DNA of 62,910 nucleotides, counting the filler, from Octopus bimaculoides (taxonomy: Eukaryota): NCBI RefSeq assembly GCF_001194135.2. It is 10 parts of 9 records of this genome, joined end to end, with 100 filler letters (N's around TTAATTAATTAA, not from the genome) between each part and the next. Parts side by side here need not be neighbours in the genome. Positions count along the whole stretch, not along the records: positions 1 to 22,239 come from NC_068990.1; positions 22,340 to 27,882 come from NC_068989.1; 8 more parts are not named here. The stretch is one strand, 5' to 3'. Below are positions 10,611 through 23,049 of the stretch, one piece after another. Positions within the stretch are counted from its first letter, which is position 1. Every line of letters begins with the position of its first letter. The translations under genes were made by a program, and so were the position numbers. Below the pieces are notes generated by a model that saw nothing but the letters and a program-made list of their open reading frames with translations, was not told the origin of the DNA and did not search any database.

Positions 10611-13200
10611 GGCTCAGTTGACAGCCGGATCTGACTCGTATCGGCAGCTGCTCAACACAAGATCACAAATCGCTAATGGACGGACACTGAGCGATATATT
10701 AAAAGACGGTTTCCTTGTCATGCGTACATCTCGCACAGATTTAACTGTTTGGCACTTCCTTGTCTAAAGAGCTTATTTTGATCAGATAATGTTACCCTGT
10801 AGCACTGCTATGCCAAGAACTTCTGGAAGTTGTTCCATAATCCCCGACCTGAATGTCTTCGAGAAGAGAGATTGCTCAGACTTATTCGTGTCGATATTTA
10901 GAATCATCCGCAGACCACCGACGCTCACACGCTTCAAATATTCTCTTCAGAATGCGAACATTATTTCGCGCCGATCGCATTGTCCAACTGATAAAGTATA
11001 GTGAATGCCTTGGCGACTTTCTAACCTGACTCATTTCTTTATTCACTGCTTTACCCATTACTGTAGCTCGATTAAGGAGACGAACTGTAGAAAGACATGT
11101 ACAGAAGGCGCCTATAAATTAATTCGCCTTTGCTTTTGTCATAAACTCGTTGCTCTCCCCTCCTCTCCTACTATTCTTCGTTTATTGCTAAAGCTAATGG
11201 ATGATGTTCCTGGAATCTTTCGTTGCCAAGGACGCGTTCATCTTCCTCTAGTTGGATCCTTGCCTTTTCGTCTTTCCCAAGTCGATTGCAAAAGTCATGA
11301 ACGTGTCGTCCTTGAGGTCACCTAAACAAACAATGGACAGTTTACACGAAGCTTATCTGCTAACCTGAAGGGAATTCTATGACCTTGATGACTTGCAAGA
11401 ATTTGATCAAGTCTGTATTGGCGCATTAGGGTAATCAAAGTGAAAGTCTGTAATGGAGCATTTGGGTAATCAATGCGAAAGTCGTTACCCCATAGAAAGT
11501 TCCTAAACAGGTTTGCAATGAATTTATACTGTCACTTCTACTGACTGATTCCACATAATCCATGCGTGTGTCCAAAATACAATTCCAATCGCTTATAAAC
11601 ATGACTAAATCTTCCTGGGAATGTCTTTAGAAAGTTCAAGAAACTTGGCCGTAGGGGTCCTTCCGGAGAGGAAAAAGGACTAATTGTGTGAAGACAGTAC
11701 TGGAGCCTTCACTGCTGCTCATCTCCAAAACAATCGACTTCCCATCCAGGTCTAAGAAAATCTTTCCTGTCTTACAGTCTAGCCTTTTCCAAAAGAGCAC
11801 CGCTACATCACTCGAACCGACTGAAGGACTCTAAAACTTGTAGTCATCCAGAAGGAAAGTAAGAGATTTGAGAAATCCCGGTTTCGTTGGTGGCAGCCCC
11901 ACGTAGCCGTCGTGACCTTAGATCATCAAGCTTTCCCAGGAATTGATACACTTCTGTGGTTCTAATGAGAAACCACTTTTGTAGATTTGGAAAGAGTGAA
12001 TGTTTCAAAGATACCACTCTTTGTCAACATTTTGTCTTTGAGTGTACTGACTCTATTCATTCCTTGCTCTCCTCTCAGAGAATTCTGTAATTGGAGTTGG
12101 TCTATGAACGGTTATTGCATTTTTAGTTGTCCAAATTTTTGCTTTTGCTGTCATTGTGATTATTTTTTTTTTCATTCTGCTCTTCTTCTTGCTGATATCG
12201 ATGTGTCTCTCGCAGCTGCCGTGGCTGTTGTTTCTGTTTTTGCTGTTACACTATTCGTTTGTTTCTTGTTCTCATTGTTGTTGTAGCTGTGAGGGTTGTA
12301 ATGGCTCTTACTATTGTGGCTGCTGTTATGGTCGTCGCCATAATCATTGTTTCTGCCGCTGCTTCTGGTGTTGTGGTTGTAGCGATCAACAAAACCATCC
12401 AGCTCCTGTTTTCATTCCCATGGAACAAAAAAATTTTAGAATAATTTCATTTTCCATATATGTAAGATTTTGGTTTCCACTATAAATTAAATTTGTTCGC
12501 ACTCTTCGGATGCCTGTTAACTCCTCAGGTGCCACCAGCACACCGAAATCCAATGACGTTACCATTCTGTTCTTGTGGGGAGTGGATCTGAGTCCTATCA
12601 CCTCTGCGTGATCCTCCATCATTACCATCACTACAGCCTTGTCACTGTGGCGGCTCAGATTTTGGTTCTCTTTCTTTCCAAGTATACTTGAGATCAAATT
12701 TAAATCTTGGTACGTGCAAGTAGTATTCTTCACCCTATTGGCTTTCACCTCGTTTTATCAAAAGACAGCATAAGTTCTTTGTCGCTGTCGTCTTGTAATA
12801 TCATTGATTGTGCATCACACTTCCGGCAGCCATTTTTCTATTTGTGCTGCGCTTGAATACATCAGCTTTTGCTCTTTTCGATTTATGCACTTGTAAAATA
12901 ATAATAATATTTCGAAGGCTGTTTACTTATTCGGCTGGAAGTTTCATGACCTCAGGGTCAGTTATGTTGCCTTTGTATTTCTCTATTGATTCTTCTTCGC
13001 CGTCAAGTGACAATGCTTTCTATTAAGTTTGGTCTTGTTGATATTGTTGTGGTCGTCGTTGTTGTTTCAGTTCTCGTGGTTGTTGTTACAAAGTGAATTA
13101 TAGGTCTTTCCATTAGTATGTGGAAATGTTATCGCAGCAGATGTCGTCTTCTCAGAACGCTGATTCTAGTTGCCATGACTGCAGCATTGTCGTACATATC
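10600..13200 (-). mobile_element. Tx1/L1-type LINE, decayed: ORF1, APE, linker, C-terminal CCHC; RT missing
   Basis: Minus strand: VAVLFWKRL..IFLDLDGKSIVLE, ISDWNCILDTRMD (APE); LFSKTF, NFQKFLA.QCYR, CARCTHDKETV..QCP (C-terminal zinc knuckle). Confidence 0.8.
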
Positions 13201-13534
13201 AAAAGAAACCCACGGTTTTAGTCCCGTTTCTCTTTCTTTTTGCATCCGATATCCTCTTCGTTTACTCTCTCTATCTCACAACCAGTGATCATCCTTACTT
13301 TTTAAGCTTAATCTTTCTCCTAATAGTGAGATTTGTAGATACAAAATTGAAAACAAGCGAATCCCTCTCGGCTGAGAGAATGTACCAAAAGAAGAAAAGA
13401 CAAAAAAAGAAAAGAAAAAGAAGAAACTCGCCAAAAATAGCGGGTCTCTTCCTGTGAAGGAGCATTGAAATAAAAAAACATAATTTCTGAAAGTTCATAA
13501 CACCGATACGAACCGTGACATTCTCGTGAATGTT

Positions 13535-13535
13535 C

Positions 13536-13630
<95 letters not shown>

Positions 13631-13700
13631 TAGCAGCAGCAGCAACAACAACAACAGCAGCAGCAGCAGCAACAACAACAATAACAACAGCAACAACAGC
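13535..13700. repeat. (AAC)n/(AGC)n compound microsatellite
   Basis: Read directly. Confidence 0.95.
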
Positions 13701-13704
13701 AGTA

Positions 13705-13800
13705 GTTTCATATTTTGGCGCAAGGCCAGTGATTCCCGAGTTGGCGGCAAGTCAATTACATCAACCCCAGTACATGACTGGTACTTATTTTATTGACCCC
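13705..13800 (-). mobile_element. SINE family A, 3' part
   Basis: ggcgcaaggcc..gtcaattacatc.accccagtac.tgactggtacttattttat.gacccc. Confidence 0.7.
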
Positions 13801-13989
13801 GTAGGCGAGGGCCCATGTCTCTTCAGTCCACTCATTTGTACCTCGCGCCTTGCAAAAGAAAGGCCAGAACAATCTCCACGATGGACACTGGTGATGGCAC
13901 GATCTTACACATGACAACAACGCTCGAACAAAAATAACCCCCCAAAAAACCTTTAAAAAAACCTCAAAACAAAAACCGCCAACAAAAAG

Positions 13990-14300
13990 CAGAACGTCGA
14001 CAGTGTATGATGAGAGGTTTTGCAATGCTATATGAGAGTAGAGTGGATATCAAAGAAATTGAGAAAAGGGCGAAATATCAGGATTTAACCAGAAGCATGA
14101 AGACATTGTGGAAGACGAAGGTGACAAGTGTTCCTGTGATAATTGGTGCAGCCGGCACGACATCCAAAATCTGTTATTTGAGCGGCTGAAGGATATTGGA
14201 GTTGAGATACGCCCTGACAATCAACAGAACAAGGGAAAAAGTACCATCGTGTATTCTGCGAGAGTCCTAAGAAAATTCTTGTAATTTGAGGAGGCTTATT
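13990..14300 (+). mobile_element. R4/Dong REL endonuclease 3' fragment
   Basis: YESRVDIKEIEKRAKYQDLTRSMKTLWKTKVTSVPVIIGAAG. Confidence 0.85.
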
Positions 14301-14379
14301 GTCACCAAACTTCAGGATGACGTTCCTGTTTATTAAATTAGCACGTGACAACTTTTGAATAAGAATGTATCTCAACCTT

Positions 14380-14603
14380 TAATGATAGAAATAGAAAAGA
14401 AAAAGAAACCGAATGCTATTGAAGTACGACTAGGTAAAGAAGAAACGAAACACTCGGAATCAAAGAACGCCTGAAACAAAATGTCTACTTCAAATGGCGA
14501 AGAATTCAGCGTAAGTGAGTGCACAAAATTCGACTCCAGCCCCAAATTAATTCTATGAAGAATTAAATAAAGACAAACTAGAAATCAATGTAGTACCATC
14601 AAC

Positions 14604-14636
<33 letters not shown>

Positions 14637-15110
14637 AAGTAGAGGTCTTTGGAAATAAACAGACAAACAAATGATAAAGAGCTGCAAAAGAATCACCGCG
14701 GGCGAGATAGTTCAAAATGGCAAACACTGCACCTGAACGCGCAAACACTTGAAGATAACAGGAAGCAAGATCTCAGACTTCCGGTCAAAGTATTTAATAA
14801 AGAACAAGGATCCAGAAAGTGCTAGCAGAGTTGTTTGATAAGATACTTAAGGAGCTGGAGACAGTATCTGGTTACCTAAACGAAGAGTGAAACCATTTTA
14901 ATTCCCAAGACTGAAGAAATAGTAAATCCTAAACACAACAGTTCAATGGAAAAAAATTGTGAATTGGAGCAAAATCATTAAAAAAAAAGTGTGATAACAG
15001 TTCAAATGGTTATTTAAAATGGTTTCTTGGTTGTTTAGCAGTTATAAACAATATGGCAGATATTCAAAAGGAATGAATACCACACATTCAGAAACACAAC
15101 ATTGGTAGCC
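14380..15110 (+). mobile_element. Highly decayed R4/Dong pre-RT/RT fragment
   Basis: FYEELNKDKLEINVVP; TILIPKTEEIVNPK. Confidence 0.5.
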
Positions 15111-15119
15111 TGTCTGTGA

Positions 15120-15201
<82 letters not shown>

Positions 15202-15268
15202 ACCTACCTACCTACCTACTTACTTATCTACCTACCCACCTACCTACCTATATATATATCTATCTATA

Positions 15269-15302
<34 letters not shown>

Positions 15303-15975
15303 CAGGGGTTAGACAAAATGATGGAAATACCTTAAAATTTCAAACAATTTAATCTTAATATGGGGTAGGACCGCCTTTGGCAGTAATTACAGCTTGAATT
15401 CTTCGAGGTATGGACCCATACAAACTTTGAATTGTTTCCAAAGGAATTTTTGTCAATTCTTCAGCTAAAACGGTNNNNNNNNNNNNNNNNNNNNNNNNNN
15501 NNNNNNNNNNNNNNNNNNNNNNNNNNNNNNNNNNNNNNNNNNNNNNNNNNNNNNNNNNNNNNNNNNNNNNNNNNNNNNNNNNNNNNNNNNNNNNNNNNNN
15601 NNNNNNNNNNNNNNNNNNNNNNNNNNNNNNNNNNNNNNNNNNNNNNNNNNNNNNNNNNNNNNNNNNNNNNNNNNNNNNNNNNNNNNNNNNNNNNNNNNNN
15701 NNNNNNNNNNNNNNNNNNNNNNNNNNNNNNNNNNNNNNNNNNNNNNNNNNNNNNNNNNNNNNNNNNNNNNNNNNNNNNNNNNNNNNNNNNNNNNNNNNNN
15801 NNNNNNNNNNNNNNNNNNNNNNNNNNNNNNNNNNNNNNNNNNNNNCACAGATCCTCCTCCATGTTTAACAGTTGGAAGAAGGCAGTCAGGGTCAAATGCT
15901 TCTTTTGGCTGTTTCCACACGTATACTCGGCCGGTGTTCGGAAATAAGGTAAAGGATGACTCGTTCAAGAAAATA
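15303..15975 (-). mobile_element. Tc1/mariner transposon fragment (3' TIR and DDE domain start, gap in the middle)
   Basis: TA followed by CAGGGGTTAGACAAAATGATGGAAATACC; minus-strand ESSFTLFPNTGRVYVWKQPKEAFDPDCLLPTVKHGGGSV is a Tc1 signature. Confidence 0.9.
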
Positions 15976-15984
15976 ACATTTGAA

Positions 15985-17150
15985 GGGATACTGCAAAGGT
16001 CATATGGCCGTAAAGATTGCTGGTCAACAAAGCCATAACCGTAAAACTATAGAATTAAAGAGAGGAACCTGAGCATGCCATGGATTGACTTACTAGAAGG
16101 ATTTTGGTAGTGTTTCGTACACATGGAAACGTAAGCACATGAATAAGGTAGCATCAATGATCAATAGATTCAGTGAACAAACAACTCAACAGATATTGAC
16201 AAAGATGGGAATTATTCAAAACTAATGACGTATCTATTAGAAAAATATTCGAAGGAACTCTCACTTTCTTTTCCTTTCCTGTTGGTTATAGGGGTTAATA
16301 CCTTTAAGCCACATGTTTTAGATGTAGAAGTTTAAGAAACGCTGATAGAAGCAGTAGTTTCAGTACACGAGTAGATACGAGATTGGGAAGAGAAAATACA
16401 CCAAAGTAATCTTGAAAAGAAGAAAATTAATTATTTACGCTGATACAATGCTAGACAAAATGAAACAGAATTAAGAGAATTGGATCAAACATAGACTTAT
16501 GAATACTTAGGAATTAATGAGCTGAACAGTATAGAAAACACACAAGCAAAAGAAAGAAGCTAGGAAGAAGGAATATTCTAAATGCATCAGATTAATACTT
16601 GAAACGGAGCTAAGTACAAAAAGTAAGGAAATAGACTTCAATGTTCTAGTTATTGCAGTAATAAGTTATAGTGTCATTAATCTCAAAAGAATTAGGAAAA
16701 TACAATAGGAATAATGAATATATTTATAATGCACTTCTTAAAAAGCTGCCAAAAAGATTGTAACGATCTCCTGCAACTAAGAAACTAATAAAGTATCTCG
16801 TGATGAATTAGAAAAATATTTGGTTAAGAATAAAAGGGAACTAATAGCTTCAAGATATGAAAATGAATAAATTAACAGTTGTCAGTTGCTTAAGAAACCA
16901 ACAAATACGAAACAGAAGTTGAGAGAGGAAACAACTGTGAGAAGGGCGAGGAAAGAACGATAAAAACTAAAAAAAAACAAACTTAAAACTAAACTGAAAA
17001 TATAATTACAAAATATCTTTGTAAGATTTAGACCGTCGACAAGAAAATACCCCACATGGCCAATACATGAAAAATGGATTAGGAAAAAAACACGCAAAAC
17101 TGGCTGAGAAACGCGGGGTTCAAAGCTGAAATCGAAGGATTTGGGTTGCT
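15985..17150 (+). mobile_element. Decayed R4/Dong RT and post-RT region
   Basis: KGYCKGSYG..LLVNKAI..NLSMPWID; IFEG; YEYLGINE; KEYSKCIRLILETELS; HGQY; WLRNAGFKAEIEGF. Confidence 0.8.
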
Positions 17151-17969
17151 GTATGAAATAATCGACACGATAGAGTTTTCTTTAATTGGTTTCAATAGTT
17201 GTATAGATCACGGAGTACAGAAAAACAAAGCAAGAAATTTGCTCATAAATTGTTTTGTCGCGTCATCTTACGCGCATTTCATTAACGTTGAAAAATACCA
17301 GTTATATAAAGAAAAACATAACAGATTCCTTTGTCAAATCTTCAGAGATTGCATAAGTCTAATCAGTAACTTTTTGGATTCATACTGAACTGCTGACAAT
17401 ATTTCGGTGACAACTAACATATCATCGTTATTATACCTTCATCCAACCTTGTCGCTCAATTCAAATATGCTGAGGCTTCTTTCTCGTTTGATTATCAAGA
17501 ATTTTGTTGTTATCTCTCGCACTTGGATTGCAAAAGCATAAACTTTTCTTCCCTCGATATACGTCTTCACAATGCATTTGATAAATAGATTTTTTTTATC
17601 AAAACCAATATCAATTTTTGTTTGCTCTTCTGGAGTCGAGTTCCAACCAAGAAACAAGGGCCCTTCTAGCGGAATTTAGACATCATGTAGGTTGTCACGT
17701 ATATATGTTGCAGCTATAAATGTATATATGTATGTATATGTATATTTATATCTGCATGTATATTTGTATGCATGATTGTACGTATGAGTTTATTTATGTA
17801 TGTTTTTAGTTATTATGTATGCTTGTGTATATATATATATTTGCATGTTTCTATGTATGTATGAATGTATGTATGTGTGTATCTCTATCTGTACGTACGT
17901 TTTCTTTCTTGAATATTTGAATTCTTGCTTAAAAGAAACAAGTTTCTAACAAATAAAAAAAACAACTTC

Positions 17970-18400
17970 AGACCCATCGTTGGAATTTGGTAGAAGAATT
18001 TGATGACTTAGCACCAGACTGGGCAATCAGTTCTCAGGATCGACACTCATTCTTCAACTTTGTCTGATGCCGTCCCTATTCCTTTCACCTGTTGGGAACA
18101 TTGTGATCATGCAGTTAGGCTGCAGGCTAAAACTAGACGCGCTTCATTTGTACTATTATTGAAGGACGCTTCAGAATTACAGAATTACACACTTGGAAAC
18201 GAACATATTCTTCTTGTCCGTGCAACATTCAAACTGAGTATGTGACTAGATATACAGGAACTCCAGGTGAGTCCAGTGATAATCTCTAACCAGCAGAAAT
18301 GGCATAGATTATTCAGCTTAAGGTAGTTTACCTCAATAATTCTACATAAGGGATGATCTCTGGAAAAAGTCTCGAACTAAATAACTGCTCTAAAGTATTC
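17970..18400 (-). mobile_element. Possible CR1/Jockey-like LINE C-terminal remnant
   Basis: Weak LTWSSCI and DKVE motifs on the minus strand. Confidence 0.3.
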
Positions 18401-18483
18401 ACGAAGTATAAAACTTTATATCCATTTAAACAAATCAACGGTTAACAACGACAACAACACTGGTGTAATATATTTTAGTGAGA

Positions 18484-18700
18484 AAGCAACGAGCTGGCAG
18501 AAACGTTAGCACACCGGACGAAATGCTTAGCGGTATTTCATCTATCTTTACGTTCTGAGTTCAAATTCCGCCGAGGCCGACTTTGCTTTTCATCCTTTCG
18601 GGCTTGGTAAATTAAGTACCAGTTGTGTACTGGGATTGATCTAATTGACTATCGTCCTCCCGCAAAATTTCGGGCCTTGTGCCTAGAGTAGAAAAGAATA
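18484..18700 (+). mobile_element. SINE family A, near full length
   Basis: A box tggcagaaacgttag, B box gagttcaaattcc, core and tail. Confidence 0.9.
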
Positions 18701-19269
18701 TATTTTAGTGACGCTATGACACCATGGGCAATTTCCGCATAGCCATTCTAAACGTTTATTGAGGTACAGTGAGATAATAGTTTGTGTTCCGAACAGAGCA
18801 AATTTAACCAACAAATTTGAGGGAAGAGGGATTACTGGATACCATCCAGGGGTGTAGCCAAAGTGTGACAGCCGAGACGGCCCTTGAGTTTTCCACTCCC
18901 ACCGGACCCCCAAACCTTAACAGCAGATTTATACAGCAAACCTAAAAGATCCGCTGAATAGAAGAAAGTGACGGACCATCTCTCGCTTCTCACTAACTTT
19001 TTATATAGATACTACCAACCCTAGTACTTGACTAGTACTTTATTTTATCGACCTCAAAAGGACGAAACTAGTTTAATACTTGCTGATTCTTTGATTCGAG
19101 CGAGGTTTGATATGAAAATGTTAAGCGGATAAAACTAAACCCAACAACGTGTTTTTCTTTCTGTCTGGAACCTTCCTGGTTGAGAAAACTGCATGTTTTT
19201 CTGTTGATATCATCGTTGGTTTTCTAACTGAGAAACATCTAGATTTACAGTGTTAAATATCGGTGTAAG

Positions 19270-19570
<301 letters not shown>

Positions 19571-19748
19571 TGAAATGTGAGAAAATACCTGTAAAATAGT
19601 GAATTTTACAGTAACTTGAACAACAGCAACAACAGCAGCAGCAACAACAACAACAACAACAGCAACAACAAAAGAAAAAAAGTCGTGTCTAAAGATTTCC
19701 TGTTTGAAATACTAATTCTGGATTATGGTTGTCTAGTTTGGATATAAA

Positions 19749-19792
19749 TTTATCTTCGTTTATCTTCGTTTATCTTCGTTTATCTTCGTTTA
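19749..19792. repeat. (TATCTTCGTT)4 decamer array
   Basis: Four exact 10-bp units at 19751-19790. Confidence 0.95.
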
Positions 19793-21059
19793 TTACGGTT
19801 GACAAACATTTTTGTAAATGGGATGTTTAGTGATTTATGAAAAAAGGTGTGATAAAGCCGAGTGGCAAAAAGATAAAAGCGACATAGAAGAAGTAAATTT
19901 GTTCCCTGACTCGAACCAGCAACGTGAGCTGAATGTCCGGGAGTTTTACCTCTGGGATTCACTGAGGAACTGATTACACTGGTTACCTTAGCAATATCAT
20001 TATCGATCACTTTGAGAGTGCATATCAGTATGTTATATAAGGTCTGAGAGGGCTGTTATGGACGTGAAATCTAGGGTAGCAGTATTCATTGAGGAATGAT
20101 AGATACGTGGATCTCGGAAAGTTGGTGGAATCCTTCTTGGAATAGTTCCCGAAAGATCTGCTGAAATTTAATTGGTATGAACGGAATGATGGACACCCCG
20201 AGGTCTGATGGATGAGGTTTCCAATAAAGTTCCTGAAAGATTTGCTGTTCTTTGAATGAAACTCTCTTAGTCTGTCTGTCTGTCTGTCCGTCCATCCATC
20301 TATCTATCCACCTACCTACCTACCTACCTACCTACCTACCTACCTACCTACCTACTTACCTACATATGTGTGTGAGAGTTGTGTGAGAAGAGTTATAAAG
20401 GTGGGGCGGAAACGCTGCTAGTTTATTCAATTCAACAGTTAGATGTGGTACTGTATATGGCAGGGTTCCTGTCTATAGAATATGAAGAAGACTTGAGAAA
20501 CCTCGGTTTCGATTTAACTGAGATTATCTGGACAATTCGTAGACATCAGTCTCTCATTTCTCTCATCTCTTGGATTTTAAGTTTCTGTTTAGACAGCTTT
20601 ATTACAGCATGTATCGACATCCCCCCCTCTCTCTCTCGCTTGCTTGCTCTCTGCCTGTCAGTCGGTCAGTCTGTCTTCCTGATCCACTCTTTACCAATTC
20701 TGATGTAACACAAAATTCGATTACATCTTCCGTACTTAACTTACTTTCTCTACATTAGAAAGCTGCTTCCTGTCAGTTGTAATCACGTATTTTCCCGGCT
20801 ACTTCTCGCAGATGTCATTCGCTTCTACACATCCATATATCTTCCATTAAAAGAGAACTTGAAAACAATCTGAAAAGATTAAAATTATAAAATATGGGGC
20901 ACGATGTTGGTGAAAGATAAGATTTAGTTTTTTCTAGTGAATAACATCGGAATATTTTACGGTATGCTGAAAGCAGAGGCGTCTTAAGGCTTCTACATTT
21001 TGTGCAGCTGCCCGGGACCTCAAGAGGTCTAGAAGCCTAATTCTCATCTATGTATATTA

Positions 21060-21200
21060 TGGATTGTTGGCTGAGTGAACTGGAGCAACGTGAAATAAAG
21101 TATCTTGCTCAAGAACACAACACGCAGCCCGGTCCGAGAATCGAACTCGCAACATCACGATCGTAAGCTCGACGCTCTAACCACTGAGCCATGCGCCTTC
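21060..21200 (-). mobile_element. SINE family C, tRNA head and CORE-like part
   Basis: Minus strand ggcgcatggctcagtggttagagc..gagttcgattctc..cttgagcaagatactttatttcacgttgctccag. Confidence 0.85.
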
Positions 21201-21202
21201 AC

Positions 21203-21235
<33 letters not shown>

Positions 21236-21238
<3 letters not shown>

Positions 21239-21451
21239 CCTTTCCACTCTAGGCACAAGGCCTGAAATTTGAGGGAGCGGGATAGTCAATTACATCGACC
21301 CCAGTACTCAACTGGTACTTAATTTGCCGACCCCGAAAGGATGAAAGGCAAAGTCGACCTCGGTGAAATTTGAACTTAGAACGTAGCGGCAGACGAAATA
21401 CTGCTAAGCATTTCACCCGACGTGGTAACGATTCTGCCAGTTCGCCGCCTT
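21236..21451 (-). mobile_element. SINE family A, full length, embedded in (TAA)n
   Basis: Complete head, core and tail; TAA tracts on both sides. Confidence 0.9.
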
Positions 21452-21467
21452 AATAATAATAATGATG

Positions 21468-21567
<100 letters not shown>

Positions 21568-22239
21568 GCTTATTTTATACAGTGCTCACATACACTACAG
21601 TAATTGAATGGAAAATGAAGGGAGAGAAAAGAGGGGGAGTTTAAATAAAGAAAAACAGTAACGATAGGAAAAAGTATAAACAAAATAAACAAAATAAGAG
21701 AGAAATAATCAGGAAAGAGAAGAGTAAAAACCCAAGAAGTGGAAATGGTGGAGAGAAATGTGAGGAGCAGTGTTGGCAAATTTTGGGAAGTATGGAATTG
21801 TCGAAGGATGACAGAGTTCTGACATGTGGCTAACTGCCTCGGCACAAAAATTCAGATGCTAGAAAATGTCAGAGTTAATGAAGAAATTAAAATTAGAATC
21901 CGCTGAAATGACTGTTCAGACATTGCAGACGTTTAGCAAGCAGTGTGGAGATAAACATACGTATAGGAGCAGAGCCATTGGTCTAAGGGCAACACTTCAC
22001 CCAAAGCACACACACACATTAGCAATGATATGCACTCATGCGTACATACGTATACATTAAGACACACACACACACACACATACACACACACACACACACA
22101 TTTATACACACACACATACATACACACACAAACACACAGAAACACAAATATTTTATACGTAATCTTTAGTCCGGCAATATATATTTTGTCGGAATAACGA
22201 TTATGGATTAAATATTTATTCACTCTTGGACTTATCCTT

Positions 22240-22339
22240 NNNNNNNNNNNNNNNNNNNNNNNNNNNNNNNNNNNNNNNNNNNNTTAATTAATTAANNNNN
22301 NNNNNNNNNNNNNNNNNNNNNNNNNNNNNNNNNNNNNNN
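22240..22339. other. Artificial 100-bp scaffold spacer N44-TTAATTAATTAA-N44
   Basis: The 12-mer recurs at 22284, 27927, 29757, 41108, 43578, 47280, 51728, 57266 and 58532, each between N runs; it has stops in all six frames. Confidence 0.95.
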
Positions 22340-22529
22340 ATAAGACAATTTTTTACATGAAATAAATTCGAATACAAAAATATTTTTCTGTTCTATAACA
22401 CAAAATAGATAAGTATACGAAGTTTGAAAGTCTTTCCGTACCAAAAAACACTACGTAAAACATTAATGAAAAATGTGGCCCCCGTTTTAAAATAGATCCC
22501 GTTAGTTAAATAAGCTCTCCATGTAACAT

Positions 22530-22960
22530 TAAGAACCATTCTTAACATTCTATTTGTTTTTCATGCATTTTGGCGAGTGTCCAAATTTTAGCACCGTATA
22601 ACAGAACTGACTCCACCGTGGAGATAAAAAACCAAAGTTTCAATTTATGTACCATCCTTGAACTTCAAGTTTTTATTCAGTTTGTGACAAGGACTTCAAG
22701 TGAGTGCCTTCCGCGCAGCAAAGTCCTTTTCACTACTTTCCAGCCGAGCACCAAGGTACTTGAAGTCAATAACCTTCTTAAGTTTTTTTTTTCCGTTTCT
22801 TACAAAAAGGTGATTTGGTTGCTCGAAATCTTGATCGAATGTCTGGTATTCAGTATTATCTGAGTTACAGTACAGGCTAACCTTTACAGCTTCAGTTTTT
22901 AGTCTGTTGAGCACTTCACTTCTGTTGAGCTTATTTCATGAAAGTCGATATGAGACAGAT
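22530..22960 (-). mobile_element. RTE-clade LINE, RT C-terminal fragment
   Basis: LKKVIDFKYLGARLESSEKDFAARKA; STVESVLLYGAKIWT. Confidence 0.9.
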
Positions 22961-23049
22961 CTTAAGTATATCTTTGATAAAGTTATATCAGTTGTACAGC
23001 AGAATTATACAGCAGAAGTGTTTAGTCAGATTAAAACCATTCCGGTAAA

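Noticed and set aside
21125-21198. tRNA-like cloverleaf on the minus strand
   Set aside because: It continues directly into SINE body sequence and lacks a proper acceptor stem, so it is a SINE head.
22284-22295. Recurring TTAATTAATTAA palindrome (nine copies)
   Set aside because: Always centred in a 100-bp N block and gives stops in all six frames, so it is an assembly spacer and not biology.
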